Below, piece after piece: positions 25,969 through 36,332 of a DNA stretch of 42,774 bases. The position numbers and the translations under genes were made by a program. The first letter of the stretch is position 1, and each line of letters starts with the position of its first letter. Below the pieces are notes generated by a model, which was not told the DNA's origin, searched no databases, and saw only the letters and a program-made list of their open reading frames with translations. This stretch comes from Conidiobolus incongruus B7586 (Eukaryota), in the NCBI GenBank assembly GCA_000697335.1, contig JNEM01009929.1, positions 1-42,774 of the forward strand, written 5' to 3'.

Positions 25969-26404
25969 AGTTAGATGAATTTTATTTTGATTTCAAAGTT
26001 CAAATTAATTTATATATAAATGTTAATATGTTATTATTAGAGTAATATATACTATATAGTCTTAAAATTAAAATAAACATTCTCTTTTGTAAAGGGATCT
26101 TTTTATAATATTTGTAATTAATTAATATATTATGGGATGAACAGAACAGTTTTCATTTTATCATTTTTTTATCTATTGAATATTTATAATAATAAAGTAA
26201 TTTGGAGAATAAATTATGATATTATATTTTGTTATTTTTTAATCACTATTGATAATACATACATATATAAATTATAGAATTTGACAATATGGTTTAATAT
26301 ATCCCATAAACAGAATAATGGTTCATTCTCCTATAAATTTATCATATAAAAGGATTTTCAACAACAATCAAATTCCAATTAAAAATAGAAAAACTTAATA
26401 ATTA

Positions 26405-27538
26405 ATGATTTACAAGAATACAGCAAATAATGATGATGACTTTATTCCAGTCAAATCCAACAAAAGGAATAAGAAAAATCTCAAAACTAATAAAACCCTT
26501 CAGGATCGTATGAATGAAAGATTGTAAATTTCTTTCCAATATTTAATTCAAAATATCATTAACTTACACATTTCAAACATAGAGATAATATAGATGTAAA
26601 ATTTTTCAACTATGCTTTAGGTTGGATCTTATATAGTTTACTAATTTGAGATCGCATTTATAATAATAAATTTTGTTTTTTAGACTTTCTAAATGAACAA
26701 TTTGATTATTGGAGATCAAAAGGATATATTAAAGCAGAAAGTAATTTGATAAATGTAGACATTATCTGCTATGGTATTGGTAGTCCTACAGACTCTGTGA
26801 ACTCCCAGTATCAATTGGCCTTCATTTATAAACTTCGAAATGCTTTAAAAGTAAACTTATCCTTCTCACAATTTAAAATTGTCTTTCATTAATTTACTAA
26901 TAAATAGGTTAATGGAAAGTTTGAAGTTTTTGATCCAGTTGAACAGTCTAAAGATGATTTACAAATCTATCAGCAATGGGGATTAGATATTATTCCTTTC
27001 AATGAGGTAATATATAAACTTACTTTTAAAATTTATTCTAATCAAGTTCTATCATAGGAAGCGAAAAGATCTATTGATCAAACTCCAACTATCTTTTATA
27101 TGCCACACTGTCCCAAATTACTATACAATAATGTACTCAGTTCTAACTGGAGTTTAAATTCTTTAGATAAAGTGATTGTAATTGGAAATCGTTTTGATTT
27201 ATATGATGAATTAAATTTAGATCAATCACTAAAGAATACTTGTCCATATTTATATAATATATCCTTTTTATATTCAACTATTAATCATTCTCATTTTATA
27301 AATTATCATAATCCTTAATTTTTTATTTTACAGCCTAAATTGGGTTAAAATAGATCAATATCCTCCCTTCGCTCCGGATGAAACTATTTTTAATGACACG
27401 AGCTTTCATAGATTCCGAACTGCATTCAGCCCTTCTTTAGAAAATTTCGAATTCCGACCTTTAGAATCGGCAGCAATAAATGATGAAGAAGTGATAGGAA
27501 TCAATATTGAAGAAAAATTGAAGGATTTAGAAATATAA
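26405..27538 (+). CDS. SRR1-domain protein (SRRD/BER1-like); 6 exons, last intron AT-AC
   Basis: IICYGIGS...QYQLAF, FDPV, NE-EAKR, FYMPHCPKLLYNNVLSSNW, IGNRF and IFNDTSFH. Confidence 0.92.
27259..27331 (+). other. U12-type (minor spliceosome) AT-AC intron
   Basis: Donor ATATCCTTTT at 27259, branch site TCCTTAAT at 27312-27319, and 3' end TAC at 27329-27331. Removal gives in-frame CPYLYN|SLNWVKIDQY...IFNDTSFHRF. Confidence 0.92.
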
Positions 27539-27808
27539 TAAATATAATATAATACTACGGATCGATGTATTAAACGATTTACATATTATGATTAAGCAAT
27601 ATATTTTTATATATAAAAACTACTCATTGATAACTCTTTAGGCCAATAATCATTAAAATATCACTAGATTGTTAACATGATATTTTGATATAAAATGGAT
27701 TATAAATATTTTCTGATTTATGCATTCAAAAATATTATTTATTTTTATTAAACCAATATTTCATGATCAACAATTTGCAAAATTGGTTATTTTATATCTA
27801 TATATTTA

Positions 27809-27809
<1 letters not shown>

Positions 27810-27840
<31 letters not shown>
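27810..27840. repeat. (AT)n microsatellite
   Basis: Tandem AT dinucleotides with one interruption. Confidence 0.85.
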
Positions 27841-27841
<1 letters not shown>

Positions 27842-29484
27842 ATTCAATAAGTATAAATTCCTTCAAGTATCTCATTTTATGTGTTAAATTATTCAACAAA
27901 TATTTTCATCAACTATAGAATATATTCTACAGAACAGTTGGTATCAAAATCTATTGAGATTAACAAAAACCAAGTTGGAGTAATTTTTGAAATTAAATCC
28001 AATATTATATTATTTAATTAATAAATATATAGAATATATTAATTATAGAAGATGAATTACAAAATTATAGCATCAATGTTTCTGATATTATTACCTTAAA
28101 TTTAAAGTAATGGGAAATTTTTTAATTTTTGATTTTTCAAACATATTATTAGTTTAAAATAAATAAATATATACAAAGTTAATAAGAAAATAAATAGTTT
28201 TGAATTATATATATATAATAATTTTTTTGATTAAAAAATTAACTTTTTAAAATTGGTTGTTTAATTTAATTATGTTTAAACTAAATAATAATCATTAAAA
28301 GTTTTTTATTATAGAATTAGTACAATTTAACCATAAACCTTTTAAAATTATTTAAAATTTATAAGTAACTTTTAGTAATAAAATATTATTTAAATTAATA
28401 ATTTATTATTAAGTAAATTATTTTAAAATTAAAAAAGAAATTATTTAAAACTTATTAAAATTTAAAAAACTAACTTCAACTATTATTTTTTTAATTATTA
28501 ATAGAGTGAAAAAATATATTAAAAAACACCTTTTTATTTTAGTTAAAGAATTATTTAAATACTTTAATATTAGCTTTATAAGTATTTTATATATATTAAA
28601 GTTTAAACTCATATTAATAAATAAAAATATAAAATAAATACTTTATAATTTAACTAAAGCTTAAAAAAAACTAAAGTAGTTATTATTAAATAAAACTTAT
28701 TAAAATATTATTAGAAGCTTAAACTTTTACAATAAATATTTATAATTAATAAATTTTAAATTTTTATATATAATCTTTTATTAAAATATAAATCAAAATG
28801 TTAAATTAAGTTAAATTAATTTTTTTTACAAATTTTTTTAAATAAGCATTTTGTTAATAAGTGAATATTAATTATTATAATAGATTATAATAGTATATAC
28901 TATTTTTATTTAATTTTTAAAGGAAAATTAATTAATAGTAAATTTCACATTGTTTTTTTAAATAAAAGTATTTTTAATTAGTGTTTTTAATATAATTTGA
29001 AAAAACCTATTAATTTATATAATAATTATAAAATACATAAATTTAAAACTATTAAAAACTTTCTAATTAAAAATAACTGGAAAAAACTACTATATTTAAT
29101 ATACTCTTTAGATTATAACTTATGTAATTATAATTACTTTAAATAATTAAAAAACTAGCTTACAAGAAAGAAAATTTCTATAAGAAAATTTAATTGGTTT
29201 ATAAAACATCAGATTTTAATCTTTAATAAAAAGAATTATTTTTTAAATGTTAAATCTTTATTAAAAATATAACAAAAAGTTATTAATAATAAAAAAACCA
29301 TTAAATTTATATTATATATTTATTTTTATATATTATATATTAAAATATTTATTTATTTTGAATCACAAAAAATTCCTATTATTAAAAATACAGAGTAATA
29401 ATAAGTTAAAATTTTCAGGAAAACACAATTATAGTAAAAATATTCTGAAAACTATAATCATAATTATTAACCTTCTTATTTCAA

Positions 29485-30550
29485 GTAGTTCAAATGATTA
29501 CCAATAGAAATTTATTCAAAATCAAGAATTTGTCAGAAAATACAGTGGATAAAATTAAGGAAGTTGTTACAGATATTATTGTATATTAATATAACAGTTT
29601 TTGTAAATAATTATTAATGATTTCAAAGGGAACTGTATTTATTACTGGGTATCAATGTTCAATTAAACGATAATGAATAATCAGAATTATCACTGGCAGC
29701 ACTGAGTTTGACAAATTATTGGGAGGTATATAAATTTATTACATTTTATCTTCAATTGAATTAAAAATGAATTATGTGGAATTCAAAGTATGTCAATTAC
29801 CGAAGCTTTTGGTGAATTTCGAACTGATAAAACTCAAATTGTTCACAAATTATGTGTCAAATCTCAATTACCTAAAGGAATGAGAGGAAGAGAGGGTAAG
29901 GTTGGGTATATCGATAATGAAGGTACTTTCAGGCCCGATAGAATTCAACAAATTGGGAGTCGATATGATTTAGACGGAGAAAGGGTACTTGAAAATATTT
30001 ACTATGCTAGATCTTATAATTCTGAACAACAAATGGATCTACTGGGAGAATTGGCTGCTATTTTTATGGAAGTTAAAACTTTTGTTTTATTGGTAATTTT
30101 AATAATTATTACAATTGCAAAATTTGGTTGAGCTTTCAGGTTGTTGATTCAATTATTGTATTATTTCAAACTGATTACTGTGGAAGAAGTTTATTAAGCC
30201 AACGTCAACAGAAACCAAATCTATTTCTTTCAAGATTATTAAAATTAGTGAATTCAACATTTTAATCTTTATCACAAAACAAGTATTATATTAAAATATT
30301 TTATCCAGTTGCTAAAATTATAAATTTATAATTTAATTATATTCTGATCTTGGAGTTACATTGAAATTTACCTCAGAACCTAAAAAACTGTAGGTGATCA
30401 TGTTTTAGCACATGCGTATCTATCATAATTTGTGAAATTTTATTATTCATTATTTAGATATACCACTATATTTAGTATGAGAAAAGACAAAGGAGAAGAA
30501 AGAACTGAAAAATTCATGATTAACTTGATATGCCTGAACCAGAAGCAAGT
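29485..30550 (+). pseudogene. DMC1: Meiotic recombinase DMC1 pseudogene, intron-containing
   Basis: IKNLSENTVDKIKE, TGSTEFDKLLGG, SMSITEAFGEFRTDKTQ, EGTFRPDRI, VVDSI and HVLAHA. Has in-frame stops (TAA TGA at about 29671-29676), frameshifts, Walker A GKT changed to DKT, and a lost splice acceptor. Confidence 0.9.
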
Positions 30551-30869
30551 AAGCAGCAAATATAGTTTTTTATATAAAATTTTAAATAAAGATGTAGATA
30601 CTCAATTGATTAAAGTGAGATAATCGATTGTAAAGATTGAGAGAATTAGATTGTGATAATTATAAAAATACACCAAATTCGCTATTTAAAATAATTTCTA
30701 CTTAAAAAAGAATGATTATTAAGATATACCAAGACTAATAAGATGTATTTTATATTAAATAAAATCTTTTTAGGTCAACAGCGAATTAATATTTTAAATA
30801 ATGCATCAATTTATTCATTTATTTTAAATTTGGTTGAAAACATAGATTTTTCAAATTTAAAAATTATAG

Positions 30870-32417
30870 TTAAATCCAGTCATAACCTTGATAAATTTCC
30901 AATTGAACTCTATTTAACCATTTCTTAAAATTTCTACCACCCGTGAAATTACCATTGATAATACCGTAAGCAATTTTCAGCTTTCTCAGTTTACTAAACT
31001 GAGTTAAAGCTTCCATCTCTTCCAAACTGAATTCTCTAACGTTTCCAAGACACAATTCAGTCAAATCATTTCTGCATAGCCATGGTAATTTAAAATATTT
31101 GGCATTAATTTTTTTGAATGGGATAAGTGTCAAGTGCTGTAGCTTGGGGAAATGACTTTTAATATTCTTCAAAGTAAATTCTGTAAACTCAATGGCACTG
31201 AGCTCTAGATGAGTTAACTGAGTACAGAATTTACATAATATGAGAATTAATTCGTCGTTAATCATATGAGGTAATCGAATTAATCTGATTTGTTGAAGAT
31301 GCGGGCCAACAATCTTAAAGAATTGGATCAAATTAGTAGGATTAACATCTCTGAGGTTTCGAAGAGTAAGCTTCCTTAAGGGATGCGTGTTGAAATATAT
31401 CAGCCGCAAGAATAAATCTTCAGCAATAATAGGATAATCTAGGTTAAGATTTGTTAATGTTGCTTGGTTGGATAATAGCACTTGGAATAGTTCTGAATCT
31501 GATAGAGGGGGACACTTGATCGCTTCCATCGATGTATCTCTATGATAATCATAATTTCTAGGGATTTTGTAAATGAGTTCTAGTGTTTTCAGGCTGTTGG
31601 CAAAGGTTGCTATCTCTTCTAAAAGAGCAGGATGTAAAACAACTCCATCTAAGCTTAATACGTCCAAATTGGCCATATTTGGGACATAGTATTCTAGGGC
31701 ATGAGAGGGAATAGAATCACCTTTGATATAGAGTTCTTTGATCCTTAGATTTGGTCTAGTACAATTCGGGAGATGCTCAATACCCTTAGTCCAAGGCTTA
31801 AGGACGACTGTAGTAACGTTTGGAAAAAACTGATTCAAATGCTTCGTCCTCAGTCCACTTACTCTTTGATATTCCAAGGTAACTTTTTTGACATTGGGAA
31901 ACTTATTCTGAAAATATTCGAATAATTCTAAACTTATGAAATCCTTAAAATAAAGTGATTCCACTTGATCTGCATAAGGAGAGTATCTATTAATTAAAGG
32001 CTTATGGATCTTTTCTATAAGTTCTCCCAATTTACCCAATTTAGAACTAAACTGTGCTGCTTTATTATCCTTAGTATATATTACCAATTCTTTAACATTC
32101 AATTCAGCTAGCCAAAAATACCACTGCTTGCATACCAATTTGAGATGTAATGAGTGAGACACATATGATAATACTTTTCTACCTATTTGACTTTTAGTCA
32201 AGAGCTGATTAAAGTTGGAGATTGCAAAAGGAGTAGGAACAAAGGCAGGGATAGGTAGAAATGAGATAGAGTTATGGTCAAACACCTCTTCCTCTGGAGG
32301 TGGAGTTGCAAGAAAATCATTAGCAGAAGGAGATCCTGATAATTCGACAGGGGGAGTAGAAGGTGAATGAGTTTGTGTTGAATTGACAGATTTGGATTTA
32401 TGCTTCTTCTTTCCCAT
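30870..32417 (-). CDS. F-box-like/leucine-rich repeat (RNI-like) protein
   Basis: Intronless 515-aa ORF. LKLVCKQWY resembles an F-box end; repeated LxxLxL units (FCTQLTHLELS, FPKLQHLTL, FSKLRKLKI). Confidence 0.8.
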   Translation of the reverse strand: MGKKKHKSKSVNSTQTHSPSTPPVELSGSPSANDFLATPPPEEEVFDHNSISFLPIPAFVPTPFAISNFNQLLTKSQIGRKVLSYVSHSLHLKLVCKQWYFWLAELNVKELVIYTKDNKAAQFSSKLGKLGELIEKIHKPLINRYSPYADQVESLYFKDFISLELFEYFQNKFPNVKKVTLEYQRVSGLRTKHLNQFFPNVTTVVLKPWTKGIEHLPNCTRPNLRIKELYIKGDSIPSHALEYYVPNMANLDVLSLDGVVLHPALLEEIATFANSLKTLELIYKIPRNYDYHRDTSMEAIKCPPLSDSELFQVLLSNQATLTNLNLDYPIIAEDLFLRLIYFNTHPLRKLTLRNLRDVNPTNLIQFFKIVGPHLQQIRLIRLPHMINDELILILCKFCTQLTHLELSAIEFTEFTLKNIKSHFPKLQHLTLIPFKKINAKYFKLPWLCRNDLTELCLGNVREFSLEEMEALTQFSKLRKLKIAYGIINGNFTGGRNFKKWLNRVQLEIYQGYDWI

Positions 32418-32889
32418 TCCTATTACTATAGATATAATCTAACAATCAATACTATAATGGAATATTTTTCAATAAATCAATGAAATATAATCAAATCATT
32501 TGTTTGATTAGTTACTTTATTATACTCAATGTTATTAAATTATTTCAATATATTACGTGTATCATGATTTCTAAACAATATGTTCTGAAATCATTTTCTA
32601 ATATTATGGGATTGAATTTATTATTCACAACTAAAACTCTAAATCAAATCAATTTAAACAATTAAAAATTATTATAATTTCTAAAATCAATATATCAATA
32701 ATTTCAATCTTGATTATTTTTTCTATAATATATTTTGTATATAATGTATGCTTAAACTATCTATAACCCTTTATATAGCAGTTGCCTATTTGAATATTGA
32801 ATATAAGTTTATTTTGTTTTCTCAATATTAGAGAGCTTTTAACACCAAATTTTCAAATTAATTTAATAAAATATATATTCAGGTTTATG

Positions 32890-33135
32890 AAAGGGATAAT
32901 GTAGCCCCTTGTCCCAAGAACTAGTGATATTCTAGAAAATCCACTTTATAAGCCACAGTTTAGTGAGTTTGAAATATTTAAACCATCTGACTTTCTTAAA
33001 TAAACCCTCTCCTCTATTTCTATTACTTTAACTTTACTCTTTCTTTATCTTTTACTTATCTTTTTGGCTCTTCTGCCTAATACTTTCTATCCTTTTACAG
33101 GATTCCTCCCAATAAGGCAACTTTAAACCCCAGCA
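32890..33135 (+). mobile_element. Possible retrotransposon 3' LTR remnant with polypurine tract
   Basis: Purine run GAAAGGGATAA directly before TGTAGCCCC (TG at 32900). The GC-richer block ends in CCCCAGCA at 33135 and contains TATAA and AATAAA. No target-site duplication seen. Confidence 0.35.
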
Positions 33136-33141
33136 TTTATA

Positions 33142-33145
<4 letters not shown>

Positions 33146-33184
<39 letters not shown>
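33146..33184. repeat. (AT)n microsatellite
   Basis: About 19 perfect AT units. Confidence 0.95.
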
Positions 33185-33185
<1 letters not shown>

Positions 33186-34486
33186 TAATGATTTTAAGAT
33201 TGTAATTTTGATCAAAATAAATGACTTGATATATAATTCAGAAATTCAATTGATCTAGATAAAAAATAACATAAAAGTTCAGATAATATTTTAATTGCGA
33301 ACAATGTTTATAACATCATGTAATTTCATAATTTCTATTAACATACTTGAAAGCCATTGAAATATACCATTATATTATACTAAATATTACATATTTTTTA
33401 TATTAAGAAATTCAAAATATTCTTAAACTGTTTTTCAAAACATTATTAATATGAATACTCATAAGGAAGAATATGTTGACAATTATATAGAGTTACAAAC
33501 AATTTTTCCAATATGAATTATATGGGCAATTTCAATCCTAACAAATAATTATACAAAGTCACTAATACAAAAATATTTATAAAATTAATTCTATTAACAA
33601 CAAAGTTATGATGAATTGAAATAATATTATATACTTTTCTAATATTAAATATTATAACGAAATATTGAAAAAATTATAAATCAAAAATTTTGTTTGAATT
33701 GTATATTCAATTTTACTTACTAGATTGTAATTACACTCCAAATAAGAAAACTATTTTCATAGTCCTCTTGATCAGAAATTAAAAATGATTTCAATACTAT
33801 AAATCATTGAAATGCAATTTGAATCTATCAAAACACTGCTAAAAATTTTATAAATTTTAATAAGAATCTATTTTAATTAGAATTTGTTCATACAATTAAA
33901 TTATCTGATATACATCTTAATTTTTATTAATCCTTTAATCAAGAATATCATATTTCTGAATATGAACACATGAAATAATAAAAAAATAAAGGTATCTTAT
34001 CAATATTTTTCGATAGTAGCTTAATTTTAATATTTATTTGGCAAAAATCACTTATTTTATAATTTTACACAAGCAGAATACATGATCGCCATTAATGCAA
34101 AAATAATAGAGATACAAAATTAACCAATAGATGAGATATATTGAATAAATTGTAAACAAATAATATTAACAGTTTTCACATGGCAATAATTGGGGTGATA
34201 TGATATGAGGGAAAGATTTTGGGAAAAAGGAGGGGAAATCAAAATTAATTGGATATTAATTTCCACACTCAACTGTTTATAAAAACAAATAATTAACTTT
34301 TTTAAATGTTAAATAAATCAATCTTTGCTCTAATCAAATTCAATCAGTATTCGATTTATTTTTATTGATATTTAATTAATCTAAACTATATTACATATTA
34401 TTATAAGTCTCTACTCATCCATTATCTTCATTTATTAACACCATTGAATATTATTTTTTAATTATTTTGTATTCAATTTTATCATA

Positions 34487-36052
34487 ATGTTAGAATCAAA
34501 TCATGAACACAAAGAATCTCTTTGCTTTTATGTTAAAGGTTTATCTCCTCAAGTTAAAAAATCTGATCTCTTTGGCTTATTTAGGGCTTTAAATGTTACT
34601 GACATTCAATTGAATAATTATAATTCAGATTTCAGGAGTGCTGCTAAAGTTCAAGTCAGTACTAAAAGAGCTTTAAATGAAGCTCTCGCCACTTTTAGAC
34701 GGGTTAAAGTGAATGCTTTAGATATTGTAATCGAAGTTTCTCAAACCGATGATTTCCAATATGTTGAGCAAAAAAATCATTCTTGGCTTCAAGTTACTCA
34801 AGTCTCGGAACATGCAAACACTCACGATATGTATAATATATTCCGCGAAACTGGGCCTATTGCAGAATTTTTCATTTCTCCAGGACGCGAGGGAAAACCT
34901 TATCAAGCTTGGATCAGATATGTTAGTAAATCATTAGCCCATAAGGGAATTCAAGATCATCACTTTAAAGAATATTTGAAAAAGAGTTTTAGCGTAAAAA
35001 TGGTTCAATCTCTTCCTGACGTGACACCTGTGTATTTTGTCAATTTGAGACTACCAGTGCCTAGAAAACAGCTATCTAGCTGTCAATCTGAAGCTATGCA
35101 TAAGGCACCATCCAATGCCGATTCAGGTTATATGACTAGCCCCACTAGTCAAGTGGACACTTTCCATGAAAATCGTTCTACCCACTCTTCTTCTTCTTCC
35201 CATTCTGAATTCTATCAAGATTTCGATTCTAAAGTGTTATATGTGTATAACCTAAGCGGTGAAATTGACAATACTGAGTTATTCAACATGTTCAAAGCAT
35301 ATGGATTTATTACCAGTGCGATTGTAGTCAAAGATAGATTAGGACAATCCAAAGGATATGGATCAGTTCGATTTACCAAATCTTCTGATCCTTCCAAAGC
35401 TTATCAGGGTTACATATCTAACAAGTCACCAAACGATCCTATTGAACTTGAAATTGGAAGACCCAGAAATGTGTCTCATATTCAACAAGCTGTAGGTAGC
35501 AAATCATCTAATAGCAATGGAATTAACACAACTAAACCTTCAGAGGTCTCTCCAGAGGAATACCGCAATGCATTAAACGAAAAAATTTCCAAATTAAAGG
35601 GTATTGACCAAGATAATGTCAATTATGTCACACAATTATTAATGGATCTCTATCCCGAATTCATTGAAAACTTGCTCAAGAATCAAAATTTATTACAGCA
35701 AAAAGTACTTACAGTTTTGAGTAAATTGATTCACAGCACTCCCAAGCCAGTGCAACAAACCGAAGAGCCCAAGACTGAAGTAATTTTAGAGCCTTTCAAA
35801 CCTGCTCACGAGCAACCCGCTTTCATTCGCGATATGACCGCCCATTTGAAATCTTTTAGCGATGATACTGAAAGAAGAACAGAATTTTCCAGTTACCTAT
35901 TAGACTTTGTTGAAACTGCTGGAGCTAAAGATCCCGACGAAATGACTAGACGATTGGCTTATAAGTCCGCTGATATTTTCGTCATTGTTCAAATCATGTT
36001 TGACCAAGGAAAGTTCACCAAATTAATTAAGGAATTGGATGGATCTGCTTAA
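34487..36052 (+). CDS. RNA-binding protein with three RRM-like domains and C-terminal MLLE/PABC-like helical regions
   Basis: RNP2-like FYVKGLS and LYVYNLS, RNP1-like SKGYGSVRF. C-terminal VNYVTQLLMDL...LLKNQNLLQQKV resembles MLLE. Confidence 0.8.
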   Translation: MLESNHEHKESLCFYVKGLSPQVKKSDLFGLFRALNVTDIQLNNYNSDFRSAAKVQVSTKRALNEALATFRRVKVNALDIVIEVSQTDDFQYVEQKNHSWLQVTQVSEHANTHDMYNIFRETGPIAEFFISPGREGKPYQAWIRYVSKSLAHKGIQDHHFKEYLKKSFSVKMVQSLPDVTPVYFVNLRLPVPRKQLSSCQSEAMHKAPSNADSGYMTSPTSQVDTFHENRSTHSSSSSHSEFYQDFDSKVLYVYNLSGEIDNTELFNMFKAYGFITSAIVVKDRLGQSKGYGSVRFTKSSDPSKAYQGYISNKSPNDPIELEIGRPRNVSHIQQAVGSKSSNSNGINTTKPSEVSPEEYRNALNEKISKLKGIDQDNVNYVTQLLMDLYPEFIENLLKNQNLLQQKVLTVLSKLIHSTPKPVQQTEEPKTEVILEPFKPAHEQPAFIRDMTAHLKSFSDDTERRTEFSSYLLDFVETAGAKDPDEMTRRLAYKSADIFVIVQIMFDQGKFTKLIKELDGSA

Positions 36053-36332
36053 GTCAAAAATTTTATGAGTCAATCGAGTTGTACTCAATTTTATACTCTT
36101 TTTCTATTACATTCTATTAGTTTCAATTTTTTGGTTAAAACGATTTGAAATTCAATTTATACATAATCCAATAAATAATTAATGTTTGACTTTAATCATT
36201 TAATATCCAATTTGAATCATAATTTCTAAATTTAGTTTAACAATATATATTATAACTATATTAATATTAAATACATTTAATATTTAATAATTACTAATAT
36301 CATTCATTATTTATTGAAATGGATGATTTCAT

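Noticed and set aside
32884..32920. TATGAAAGG...TAGC...CCCTTG resembling the 5' part of U6atac snRNA
   Set aside because: Lacks the AAGGAGAGA box and the internal stem-loop needed for catalysis. Better explained as a purine tract plus LTR start.
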